Under the pieces are notes generated by a model. The model was not told the DNA's origin, did not search any database, and worked only from the letters and a program-made list of their open reading frames with translations. From a virus (taxonomy: Duplodnaviria > Caudoviricetes), in IMG/VR virus record IMGVR_UViG_3300036766_001883, positions 1-53,990 of that record: a stretch of DNA of 53,990 bases; one strand, given 5' to 3'. Below are positions 18,355-27,400 of this stretch, piece after piece. The translations under genes and the position numbers were made by a program. Numbering within the stretch: the first letter of the stretch is position 1; every line of letters starts with the position of its first letter.

Positions 18355-19212
18355 TCAATAGCGGAGACGACTGAGGAGCGCATCGGTGAACTGCAGAAAG
18401 GCATCGCCCAGGACCAGGGCCTCGAAGTGGAGACCGATTATCTTGTCGCCGTATCGGCCCTCGCCGTCGGACACGGAGTCAGCCAAGGTCCCAAGCCAGA
18501 TGGCACCGCGGGCCTTCTGCCCTACTTCGAAGGCGCCCATTGCGCGCTCGATAAGGTCCCGGCTCGGCGGCGCCCAGTCGAATGGTTCGTGGCGCAGGAA
18601 TTCATTGATCGAGGATCGGGCCTCCAGTGCATCTGCGCCAAATTGCTCATCGGTGCCCGAGGCATAGACCCGCAAGCGCTGCAGCCTTTCCACGGCGACG
18701 TGGGCTTCCTGGATATAACGGGCACGGGCTTCCTTTGCAGCCTCGGTTCGCGGTTGGGGCCAACGGGCGAGGGGTCTGAAAGGGAAGCCGGCGCGCCGGA
18801 GACCGTCCTTCGCGGCAATCACGCCGCTTATGGCATCCTTGTCGTGCTGGGTGCCGCGTCCGCTGGCCGTCTCGACCAGGCGTGCGGTCCCACGTATCCC
18901 CCGGGTCGCCGCATCCGCTGCATCGCGCAGTACCCGATACCTGGATGCCCCGGTGTGGGCATAGAGTGTCGAGGCCTCCTTCTTTGTTGCCTCCGCGCCG
19001 TTGGCCAAGCAGTGGAGAAGGACGGTGTTGGTCCGGTCGATGCGGACGCAAATGTAGAAGGTATCCAGGAGGCCATGGAGTTCGGCCGCGATCAGCCGCG
19101 CCTCGGCACTCGGACTGGTGGAGGATGGGCGAACCTGACGAGCCTGGAGTTGGCTCCCAAGGGCCGCCACCGGAAGGACGGCAATGACAAGGAGTGCGCG
19201 GGTTCTGAACAA
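18355..19212 (-). CDS. Moron: putative secreted/envelope protein
   Basis: RBS AGGGAGGT before TTG; signal-peptide-like N-terminus; opposite strand; own promoter. Confidence 0.6.
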   Translation of the reverse strand: MFRTRALLVIAVLPVAALGSQLQARQVRPSSTSPSAEARLIAAELHGLLDTFYICVRIDRTNTVLLHCLANGAEATKKEASTLYAHTGASRYRVLRDAADAATRGIRGTARLVETASGRGTQHDKDAISGVIAAKDGLRRAGFPFRPLARWPQPRTEAAKEARARYIQEAHVAVERLQRLRVYASGTDEQFGADALEARSSINEFLRHEPFDWAPPSRDLIERAMGAFEVGQKARGAIWLGTLADSVSDGEGRYGDKIIGLHFEALVLGDAFLQFTDALLSRLRY

Positions 19213-19242
19213 TCTATGTTACCTCCCTGGTTGAAGGCTGCC

Positions 19243-19259
19243 AGCAAGAAGCGTGCCAA
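19243..19259 (-). promoter_or_regulatory. Sigma54 (RpoN) -24/-12 promoter
   Basis: TTGGCACGCTTCTTGCT matches TGGCACG-N4-TTGCW, about 30 nt upstream of the 19212 start. Confidence 0.7.
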
Positions 19260-19306
19260 GGCGGCCCTCCAGAGCATTTATGCCATGAATTGAGGCCGAA
19301 ACAGAG

Positions 19307-19684
19307 ATGGCGAGCAGTTGCTATTTGAGTCTGCCGGACGATTCGGAGAAGACGTATCTGGACGAGGATCCGGAGTCCTACGACGACGGGCCGCCGGACC
19401 GCCGGATGTCGTCAGCGGAGACGATCGGCGGCGGGCGGGTGTGGCAGGACTTCGGGGCCCAGGATGTTGACCGGACGATCCGGGTGCGGACGGGGTGGAT
19501 GACGCAGGCGACGCTGGACCTCTTCAAGGCCAAGTTCGCCGTCGTTCCCCAGGCGTGGAAGTGGGCCGACCACAAGGGGCGGGCTTACCTGGTGGTATTC
19601 CGGAGCATCAAGCCGGAGCGGATCCGGGGATACGAGGCCTACCGGGTGGAGATGGTACTCGAGGTGATGGAGGTGGTCTCGTGA
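19307..19684 (+). CDS. Distal tail-like protein
   Basis: Position after tape measure; size and beta-rich pattern. Confidence 0.55.
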   Translation: MASSCYLSLPDDSEKTYLDEDPESYDDGPPDRRMSSAETIGGGRVWQDFGAQDVDRTIRVRTGWMTQATLDLFKAKFAVVPQAWKWADHKGRAYLVVFRSIKPERIRGYEAYRVEMVLEVMEVVS

Positions 19685-20033
19685 TCCGGGTTCTCGATCG
19701 GCGGGATGAGGCGGCCGCCAGAAGGGCAACGGCGGCGCGCGGCTTGGCGGGCCTGGGGCGGGCGGCCTGCAGGCCGATGCACAGGGCGGCGGGCCTCCGA
19801 CCCGCGCAACCCAGGGCATCCTGGCGCAACATTTCTTGCCTGAAATGGGCGATTTCGGCCCACAGGGGCATTTGCAGGCTTTTGGGGCGCTTTTCGCCCA
19901 TGCGAACGGCGCAACCAGGCCGATTCTGGGGGCAGATTGCAGCGAGATCGGCCTGCGACGATGTGCGCGCGGCCGGTCCAGATACCCTCCAAGAAACTAC
20001 ACACTCTGCACACTGTACATTCGGGAGGGCAGG

Positions 20034-20504
20034 ATGAGGACCGAACCGATCGCGGATGCCCGCAATGAGGCCAAGTGGCATGCACTCTACAGGCGCTGGT
20101 TCCACCGCGTGCTTGCCCGGGCGGGCTGGAAACTCTCGATCGTCGGCGATCCGCACCTGGACTCGATGGCCGAATACAGCGTGGTGGTGCCGCGGCGCGA
20201 ACTGGTTCTCAAGTTCCGCACGGACGTCGCGCCGGATCCTAAGATCGCGGCGCATGAGATTGGGCACGTGATGGTGGCCCATGTCCAGGTCTGGGCCGAT
20301 CACATCATCGAGCAACTGCCGGCCGCCGTCCAGGACCTCGCGCGCAGGGGTATCAAGGACGCGCTCGAGGAGGCCGCGGAAGATATCGGGATGGCGCTCG
20401 TCGAGGCTTACAAGGAGACGGACGCCGGAGGGCAGGCCCATTCGGCAGGCTCAGGGCAGGGAGGCAGAGGCAATGTCAAAGCAGGTCGCGCGATACGAAA
20501 GTGA
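20034..20504 (+). CDS. Putative zinc metallopeptidase
   Basis: HEIGH (HExxH) with downstream acidic residues; RBS GGGAGG. Confidence 0.6.
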   Translation: MRTEPIADARNEAKWHALYRRWFHRVLARAGWKLSIVGDPHLDSMAEYSVVVPRRELVLKFRTDVAPDPKIAAHEIGHVMVAHVQVWADHIIEQLPAAVQDLARRGIKDALEEAAEDIGMALVEAYKETDAGGQAHSAGSGQGGRGNVKAGRAIRK

Positions 20505-21183
20505 CGGAGTGACGCCGGCGCAGGCGTCCTACGACGAGGGATCGGTGCTGGACGGCGCGGCGACGACCCCGCGGCGCCTGTGGTGGAAGAACATCTCCAC
20601 CGCCTCGGAGATCCTGGATAACTGCCGTTTCCGGCGGCTGCAGTTCGGAACCAACGACGGCCTGGACTTCTTGCAGATCGCCGACGATGTGCCGATCGCG
20701 GCGCCCGGCGCTGCGACCCTCAACCTGGCTGCGGGCTCCGAGCTCGAGGTCGGGACCTATAAATACGCGGTGACCTTCTACACGGCCAACGGCGAGACCG
20801 AGGCGGGGGTCGAGGCCGAGATCGTGACCAGCAGCGGCAACGAGCGGGTGCAACTTTCGGCGATCCCGACGGGGCCATCGGGGACGGTCGGCAGGAAGAT
20901 CTACCGGACGGCGGTGGGCGGGGCGCAGAAGAAACTGGTCGCCGCGATCGCGGACAATACGACTACGACCTATCTGGACCAGGTGCCGGACGCCAGCCTC
21001 GGAGCGAACGCCCCATCGCTCAACACCTCCGGGTCGCCCGGCACCTGGGCGACTGCGAACATCACGGTGGGCGATATGGCGGTGGGCGAATATGCCGCCT
21101 GCTGGATGCGCTACAACGTGCCGGGCGGGACGACCCAGGTGGGCAACCCGCGCAAGGCATACGTGCAGTTGGAGGAGAGCTAG
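20473..21183 (+). CDS. Virion/tail protein with FN3-like domain
   Basis: GTYKYAVTFY..GET, IPTGP..GRKIYRT..TYLD. Confidence 0.65.
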   Translation: MSKQVARYESDGVTPAQASYDEGSVLDGAATTPRRLWWKNISTASEILDNCRFRRLQFGTNDGLDFLQIADDVPIAAPGAATLNLAAGSELEVGTYKYAVTFYTANGETEAGVEAEIVTSSGNERVQLSAIPTGPSGTVGRKIYRTAVGGAQKKLVAAIADNTTTTYLDQVPDASLGANAPSLNTSGSPGTWATANITVGDMAVGEYAACWMRYNVPGGTTQVGNPRKAYVQLEES

Positions 21184-21223
21184 AGGCATAGCGGAGCAGC
21201 GCGCGCCTGAAACGCGCGCTTCG

Positions 21224-21320
21224 AACTGAATAGATCGCCCAAGAGACCAGGGTGGCCACCCTGGGGCCGAAGGGCCGAGCCCGACAGACTCACGTGAGGG
21301 GTCTGCCGGGCTTTTCTTTT
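21224..21320 (+). terminator. Leader element D: boxA-like motif, hairpins and intrinsic terminator
   Basis: AACTGAATA, GCCCAAG, CCAGGGT-GGCC-ACCCTGG, AGCCCGACAGAC/GTCTGCCGGGCT plus TTTCTTTT. Confidence 0.68.
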
Positions 21321-21347
21321 GGGCGGCGATCCAAGGAGGAGGATGAG

Positions 21348-21881
21348 ATGGAGATCTGCGATCAACTGAAGTGGCGCTGCGTCACCACGCTGCGCAAGTA
21401 CCGCGCGGACATCGCCGAGTACATCGCGCGGCACGGGAAGGCGGAGGGCGAGCGGGTCTTCGAGGTCGAGAACGCGCCCCACGAAGAGCGCACGATCCAG
21501 GGGAACCTGCTGCTGCGCGAGGGCGTGAAGGCGATCTTCGATCTGCTCGTGGGCAACACCGAGACGGCCTTCAGTGAGGCGAACGCGCGAATTGGGGTCG
21601 GGGATTCGACCACCGCGGCAGCCGACACGCAGACGGGCCTGCTGGGCAGCAACACGGCCTTCAAGGGAATGGACACGAGTTACCCGATAGTCGGGGCGCT
21701 CGCCGACAAGAAGGTGACATTCCGGGCCTCATTCGGCGCCAGCGAAGGCAACTTCGCGTGGGAGGAGTGGACGGTTGACAACGGGTCGTCGGCCAACAAG
21801 AACCTGAACCGGAAGGTCGAGGCGCTGGGCCAAAAGAGCGGCGGGACGTGGCAGCTATCTTGTGACATCTCACTTGCTTAG
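21348..21881 (+). CDS. Tail structural protein, paralogue of 23918-24427
   Basis: Shared GNLLL.EG, GVGDS, TQTGL, NFAW.E.TV.NG, KNLNRKV. Confidence 0.75.
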   Translation: MEICDQLKWRCVTTLRKYRADIAEYIARHGKAEGERVFEVENAPHEERTIQGNLLLREGVKAIFDLLVGNTETAFSEANARIGVGDSTTAAADTQTGLLGSNTAFKGMDTSYPIVGALADKKVTFRASFGASEGNFAWEEWTVDNGSSANKNLNRKVEALGQKSGGTWQLSCDISLA

Positions 21882-22435
21882 ACCCGACGTTGGTCTGCGT
21901 GAGGTCGGTATGGCCGGTCTGATTTTCGCCTACGAATGTAGGAGAGGATGTTTGCTTGCCGACGACATTTCTTGCACCAGGAGTCGTGCGCATCTGCCGA
22001 AGGAGCGCGAATGCCAGGCGAGAACTCGTCTCGCGGTTTGATGACAAGACACCGATGGCATTGCTTCTGCGTCGTGGAGCGGTAGGTGGCGTGGGTCTGG
22101 CTATGGGCGCGATGAGATTTGATGAGCACAAGATTGGAGGGGTCGTTGTTCATCCCATTTCCGTCTTTGTGATGAACCACCTCGCCCGGCTCAAGCGGGC
22201 GACCGAGGTGCTGCTCCATGACGTAGCGATGCTCATAGACCTTCCTTCCGTTGAGGCCGAATACATGATAGCCCCTACTCACGCAGCCGCCCTTCCACCG
22301 CGGATGTCTCGTCCCCCGCTGGGCCATTCCGAGACATTGGGGCGAGCAATAGATCTGAGGTCTGTGGCACGGTCTGTAACTTTGCCCGCAAATAGGACAG
22401 GTTCGGTTCGCCCGCCAGAGAGCTCGAGGTTTCAT
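21878..22435 (-). CDS. HNH homing endonuclease with zinc-ribbon motifs
   Basis: VYEHRYVMEQHLGRPL..EVVHHKDGNGMNNDPSNL; several CxxC. Confidence 0.9.
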   Translation of the reverse strand: MKPRALWRANRTCPICGQSYRPCHRPQIYCSPQCLGMAQRGTRHPRWKGGCVSRGYHVFGLNGRKVYEHRYVMEQHLGRPLEPGEVVHHKDGNGMNNDPSNLVLIKSHRAHSQTHATYRSTTQKQCHRCLVIKPRDEFSPGIRAPSADAHDSWCKKCRRQANILSYIRRRKSDRPYRPHADQRRV

Positions 22436-22442
22436 GCGCCTG

Positions 22443-22471
22443 ATGATAGCACACTAAAGGGCAAGGGGCAA
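22443..22471 (-). promoter_or_regulatory. Promoter for a probably leaderless HNH mRNA
   Basis: TTGCCC-N17-TATCAT with extended TG; ATG 7 nt after the -10. Confidence 0.55.
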
Positions 22472-22481
22472 TAGGTGCCTC

Positions 22482-23894
22482 ATGCAACTCGCCCTCGGAT
22501 CCTATACCGGCGATGGGACGGATAACCGGCAGATCACCGGGATCGGCTTTCAGCCGGACCTGGTGATCATGCGTGCGCGCGACTCCGGCCAGTATGCGGT
22601 CTGGCGCTCGAGCACGATGTCGGGGGATAAGACGGCCTACTTCGCGCAGGCGGCCGCCCTCTTTGCGAACGCGATCCAGTCACTGGACTCCGACGGGTTC
22701 ACGGTCGGTACGCACGCGACCGTCAACAGCAACGGGGTCACCTACGACTGGCAGGCCTTCAAAGACAACGGGGTCCCGGATTTCAAGGTCGGCACATTCA
22801 CCGGCGACGGGACTGACAACCGCGACATCACGGCCCTCGGGTTCGATCCGGACTTCGTGACCATCAAGAGGGATGGCCTCTGGTACGGCCGATGGCGCAC
22901 CTCGAGTAACTCGGGGGACCAGGCGGTTTCCTTCACTGATGACGGGGACCAGTCCAACGAGATCCAGGCGTTCGTGACCGACGGGTTTCAGGTCGGCACC
23001 GGCCAGAACGCCAACGGCGCCCCCTATCACTGGTTCGCCTTCAAGGCAGTCGCCGGCGCGAGCGGTTACGGCTCGTACGCCGGCAACAATGCCGACGATC
23101 GGAGCATCAACGGGGTTGGGTTCCAGCCGGACCTCGTCTGGGTCAAGGGCAATAGTTCCCTGGCGAGGGGGGCCAGTAGGCCGTCGAGCATTGCGGGCGA
23201 CACGACGGTCTTCTTCACCTCAGCGGCTGCGGCCGCAAACCACGTGCAAGCGCTCGAGTCGGATGGTTTCCAGGTCGGCACGAGCCAGAATGCGAGCGGC
23301 TATACCTACAGGTGGTTCGCCTGGAAGTCGGGCGAGACCGTCGCTGAGAAGTCATCGAGCGATTCGGCTGCGGGGACCGACTCGGCGGTGATGGCGATCG
23401 CCAAGTCCTCGAGCGACTCGGGCACCTCGACGGAGGCGGGCGCGCACGAGGATGCGCCCCACGGGACGGATGAGGGCTTTGGCGACGACAGGGTCGCGGA
23501 TCGGGAGTTCGGGGCGGCGCAGGCGGGCGTCGCGGGGGAGGCGGGTTCAGTGGCAGCCGCACAGACCGGCGGCGATGCTGCCACGGGCACGGACTCGACG
23601 GCCGTGGGGCAGGCCCGGGCGGATGCCGGTGCAGCAACCGATTCGGCCTCCGTTTTCCCGCAGACCGCAGCCGTCCTGCTCGAGGCAGAGGTGATCAACC
23701 GCCTCACTGACCAGGTCCGGTTCGACGTGGAGGTCTTCTACGAGCGGATCGCCTCGGCGGTGCTGCTCGGGGCGACGGTGATGCCGCTGCTGGTGACCCC
23801 GGTGCAGATCGCTGTCTCGGTGATCAACCAGGAGTTCAGGGACGCCGCGGCAGGCGATCTGATCGCGCCGGCGGCCCAGATTGATTTCATCTGA
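22482..23894 (+). CDS. Tail fibre/virion protein with three internal repeats
   Basis: G(S/T)(Y/F)xG...I.G.GF.PD.V..GF.VG repeated three times; S/D/G/A-rich stalk. Confidence 0.7.
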   Translation: MQLALGSYTGDGTDNRQITGIGFQPDLVIMRARDSGQYAVWRSSTMSGDKTAYFAQAAALFANAIQSLDSDGFTVGTHATVNSNGVTYDWQAFKDNGVPDFKVGTFTGDGTDNRDITALGFDPDFVTIKRDGLWYGRWRTSSNSGDQAVSFTDDGDQSNEIQAFVTDGFQVGTGQNANGAPYHWFAFKAVAGASGYGSYAGNNADDRSINGVGFQPDLVWVKGNSSLARGASRPSSIAGDTTVFFTSAAAAANHVQALESDGFQVGTSQNASGYTYRWFAWKSGETVAEKSSSDSAAGTDSAVMAIAKSSSDSGTSTEAGAHEDAPHGTDEGFGDDRVADREFGAAQAGVAGEAGSVAAAQTGGDAATGTDSTAVGQARADAGAATDSASVFPQTAAVLLEAEVINRLTDQVRFDVEVFYERIASAVLLGATVMPLLVTPVQIAVSVINQEFRDAAAGDLIAPAAQIDFI

Positions 23895-23917
23895 AACCAG
23901 ACTGAGAGGAGACGGAG

Positions 23918-24427
23918 ATGCAAGCGATGACGATGGAGGCCCTCCTGGAGAAGATCCGGGAGACGGCCAAATGGCGGATCACGAAGTTCGCCAGCGACGA
24001 GGACCTGGCCGCGGGCCGGCCGTATGAGGAGGTCGAGTTCGACGGCAACCTGCTGCTCAACGAAGGTATCAATGAGGCGTGGACCCACCTCTGCTCGGCG
24101 GGCGGCACCAAATTCGACAACGCGAATGCCTACCTCGGGGTCGGGGACAGCGCGACGGGCGAGGTGGCGACGCAGACTGGCCTGCAGGCCGCGACGAACA
24201 AACTGTACAAGGCGATGATGACCTCCTTTCCGACGTACGGCGCCAGCCAGCAGGCAGTCTGGAAGTCATCCTTCGGGCCAACCGAGGCCAACTTTGCGTG
24301 GAACGAATTCACGGTCGCGAACGGCAACTCTGACGCCGCCAAGAACCTGAACCGAAAGGTCAGCGCCCAGGGGACCAAGACGAGCGGGCAGACCTGGGAG
24401 CTCACCCTGACGATCACCCTATCGTAG
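23918..24427 (+). CDS. Tail structural protein, paralogue of 21348-21881
   Basis: Shared motifs as above; RBS GGAG. Confidence 0.75.
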   Translation: MQAMTMEALLEKIRETAKWRITKFASDEDLAAGRPYEEVEFDGNLLLNEGINEAWTHLCSAGGTKFDNANAYLGVGDSATGEVATQTGLQAATNKLYKAMMTSFPTYGASQQAVWKSSFGPTEANFAWNEFTVANGNSDAAKNLNRKVSAQGTKTSGQTWELTLTITLS

Positions 24428-24436
24428 AGGCGCGCC

Positions 24437-27400
24437 ATGGCGACGATTGCCTCGAAGGACCGGACGCAGACCTTCACCCTGCGGGTTGGCGAACTCGCCG
24501 AGGTCCTTGACCGGCGCACGCGGGCTGCGAAGACCTTCCGTCTTCCCGACGCGCCCGATGGGCGCCGGCGGTTCCGCATCGGCGCGGGTATCGGGCCCGT
24601 TCACTACCGGGCCGACCCGTTCGATGGCGGCCAGCCGCTCCAGGAAATTGACCTCGACGTCAACTTGACGCCGGGGCAGGACTGGGACGCCGCCTGCGAA
24701 ACCAACGGCTACCAGGCTCGATTCTGGCAGTCCCGCGTCATCGGCGGCCGCACGGTCCGCTACATCGCGGAGTTCCGACGCGCCGGGGAATGGATCGGAA
24801 TGGCGCCCGTCGCATTGGCCTGGGAAAACGATGCCGGCCAACGGCAACTGATCGCAACCCCCCAGGCGGTCGGCGCGCCGGCGATAGACAACGACGCCAA
24901 CACGGTCACCTGGGCGAATGCCTTCGGACCCGGCCTTTCGTGGCGCTACAACCTGCGGCCGGACGAATTCTTCAAGACCGTGATCATCCGGCACCGCAGC
25001 GACCTGCCCGCGCCGACGATTGGAACCCAAGGACTGAGACTGGGCATAGTGGTCGCGGTCGCCTGGGGCGACCTCGGGCCTAGCAACGGGTTCACGGCCG
25101 GCAACGCGGTCGCGGACTATGGCGCGGAGTTCTCGGACCTCGACGCGCCCGATGAGGCGGCGCAGGAGCCCGAACCGTTTTCGATGCGCGACCTGGCGGC
25201 CAGGGATATCTGCTGGCTTCGCCGGCCCCGGGCCTGGGACTCCTCGCGGAGGCAGCAAACCGCGGCAATGGGTTGGAAACTGCTGAGGAAGGCCGGAAGG
25301 GTCTATCTGGTTCTGAGCCTTCCGGCGGCCACACTCAACTCCGCCCAGGTCCAGTATCCGGTCTTCCTCGACACGGCGATCAGCGAGGAGCAAGTTGGGG
25401 CCAGCACCGATGATTGTAGGGTCTTGCCGCCTTGGAGTGAGATCGACCTGGCTGGCTACTATGCCTGGGCAGGGGACTACTCCTCCCTCTACTACGACTA
25501 TGAGTCCGGGTTTCGCTTTACGACGGTTCCGATACCGCAGGGGGTGACGATAGACAGCGCCGACCTGAGCGTTTGTGCAGGCTGGGGAACCGTTGGCATT
25601 CCCCTTACGAAGGTCCGCGGGGAGGCCGCCGACAACCCTGTCACTTTCTCAACCTATGCCGATTTCATCAGCAGGGCACGAACGACCGCAGGGCTTGACT
25701 GGGACTTCAGCGACTGGCCAGCGGATGTCTGGGAAACGAGCCCCGATTTGAAGTCCGTCGTGCAGGAAATCACCAACCGCAGCGGCTGGGCGAGCAATAA
25801 TGCTCTTGTTCTATTTTGGGGTGATGACCAGGGGTCGGGCTACCAGGGCAGCAACTACCAGGCCGTCAAGACGTACGACCTGGAGACCACCACAGCCGCG
25901 AAGTTCAACTGCTCCTACACGGAAAACCCGGCCAAGGCGGTATCCGACACCGGCGCGGGGGCGGACGCGACTCCGTCAATCAAGGCGGCAGTTGCGCGCA
26001 CCGATTCCGGCGCGGGGGCGGACGCGACTCCGTCAATCAAGGCGGCAGTTGCGCGCACCGATTCCGGCGCGGGGGCGGACGCGACTCCGTCAATCAAGGC
26101 GGCAGTTGCGCGCACCGATTCCGGCGCGGGGGCGGACGAGGTCTGGGCGGCGGGGCCGGCTGTAATTACCGAGGACGACATGGGCGCCGGCGCAGATGCG
26201 GTAACGACGACTGTGGTCATCGCCGTGGCGGACGAGGTGGTTGGCCCCGATCATCTGCTTGATATCCTCGCGGGATTGAGTGTCCTTGATAACGGCGTGG
26301 CAGACGACACCCTGGCGGTATCAGCGGGGGTTCCAGTCGAAGACGCCGGCCTCGGAGAGGACGCCACAGGTGTGACGGTCGCAGGCCAAGCGCCATTTGT
26401 CTCCGACATGGCCAGTGGAGCAGAGACGATCTCGATCACCCGAGCCGGGATCGTCGTGATGCCGGTCAGTTGTGAGATAGATTCGGACCTGGAAAACCTG
26501 GCGGACTCGGTACAGTTGGCGATCCTGGAGAAAGACTTGGCGGCGCCACTCGCGCCGGCGGCGCTGAAATGGCTGACGATCAGCGACGGCGATAGCATAC
26601 GCGTGAGGCTCGGCCTGCGCGGACTGGATCTGCTGGACTACGGGGAATTTCGCGTGGATGAGTCTTCGCTCGAGGCGATCGGGTCCCAACTGGCTACGGC
26701 AATCCGAGGGCGGGACAAGGCCGCCCGTCTGATCGAGGAGCGGGCGCGCATCCAGTATGGCCAGGGCGATTATCCAGAGGAGAACCCGGAGATCTTCACC
26801 AACCCGACCGCCCGGGCGGTCGCGCTGCGGATCTGCCAGCGCGTCGGCATGTCCTTGATCTGGGATGCCCCCAACTACCAGTTGGTCTCTTTCACGCTGA
26901 AGCCTGAGGACACGCTGAGCAAGGCACTGGGCGACCTCCTGGGGCCCCTGAGACAGGGGAAGCGCTACCGGGCGGATGCCTGGGCCGAAGGCGACCAGGT
27001 GATCGTGCGCCGGCGGGGGTATGGGCCGATCGAGGGCAGGATTGACTGCCGCCTGGCGCCCCATGTCTCCATTCGCAGGGAGAAGCGGCCGACCGTCGGT
27101 GAGATCAGCGTAAGCGGCGCCGGCTGGGGCAGTGTAGGGGCAATGGAGTGGCCAGCGCTCGAGGCGCAGGCCGGCGAGAGTTCGATTTACGGGGTCAATG
27201 GCCCGCTGCACCGCGAGGTCGTCACCACAACCTCGGAAGGCGTAATTGCGCGAGAAACCGAGGACATCGAGACGACGCAGTGGGGGAACGAGATCCTGAT
27301 ATCCAGGCGGGTCACGACCGAGGAACGAGATCTGCACACCAGCGACCCGAAGTCATCGCGGCGCGAGACGAGTTACGGCCACGACACCCGGGGCAAACTG

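Noticed and set aside
21185-21204. NGC-NN period-5 run (GGCat AGCgg AGCag CGCgc)
   Set aside because: Only one true GGC unit and it overlaps a GC hairpin; not distinguishable from chance
25950-26138. CRISPR array or DGR template/variable repeat
   Set aside because: Identical in-frame units without spacers or A-specific mismatches; no reverse transcriptase seen in the genome
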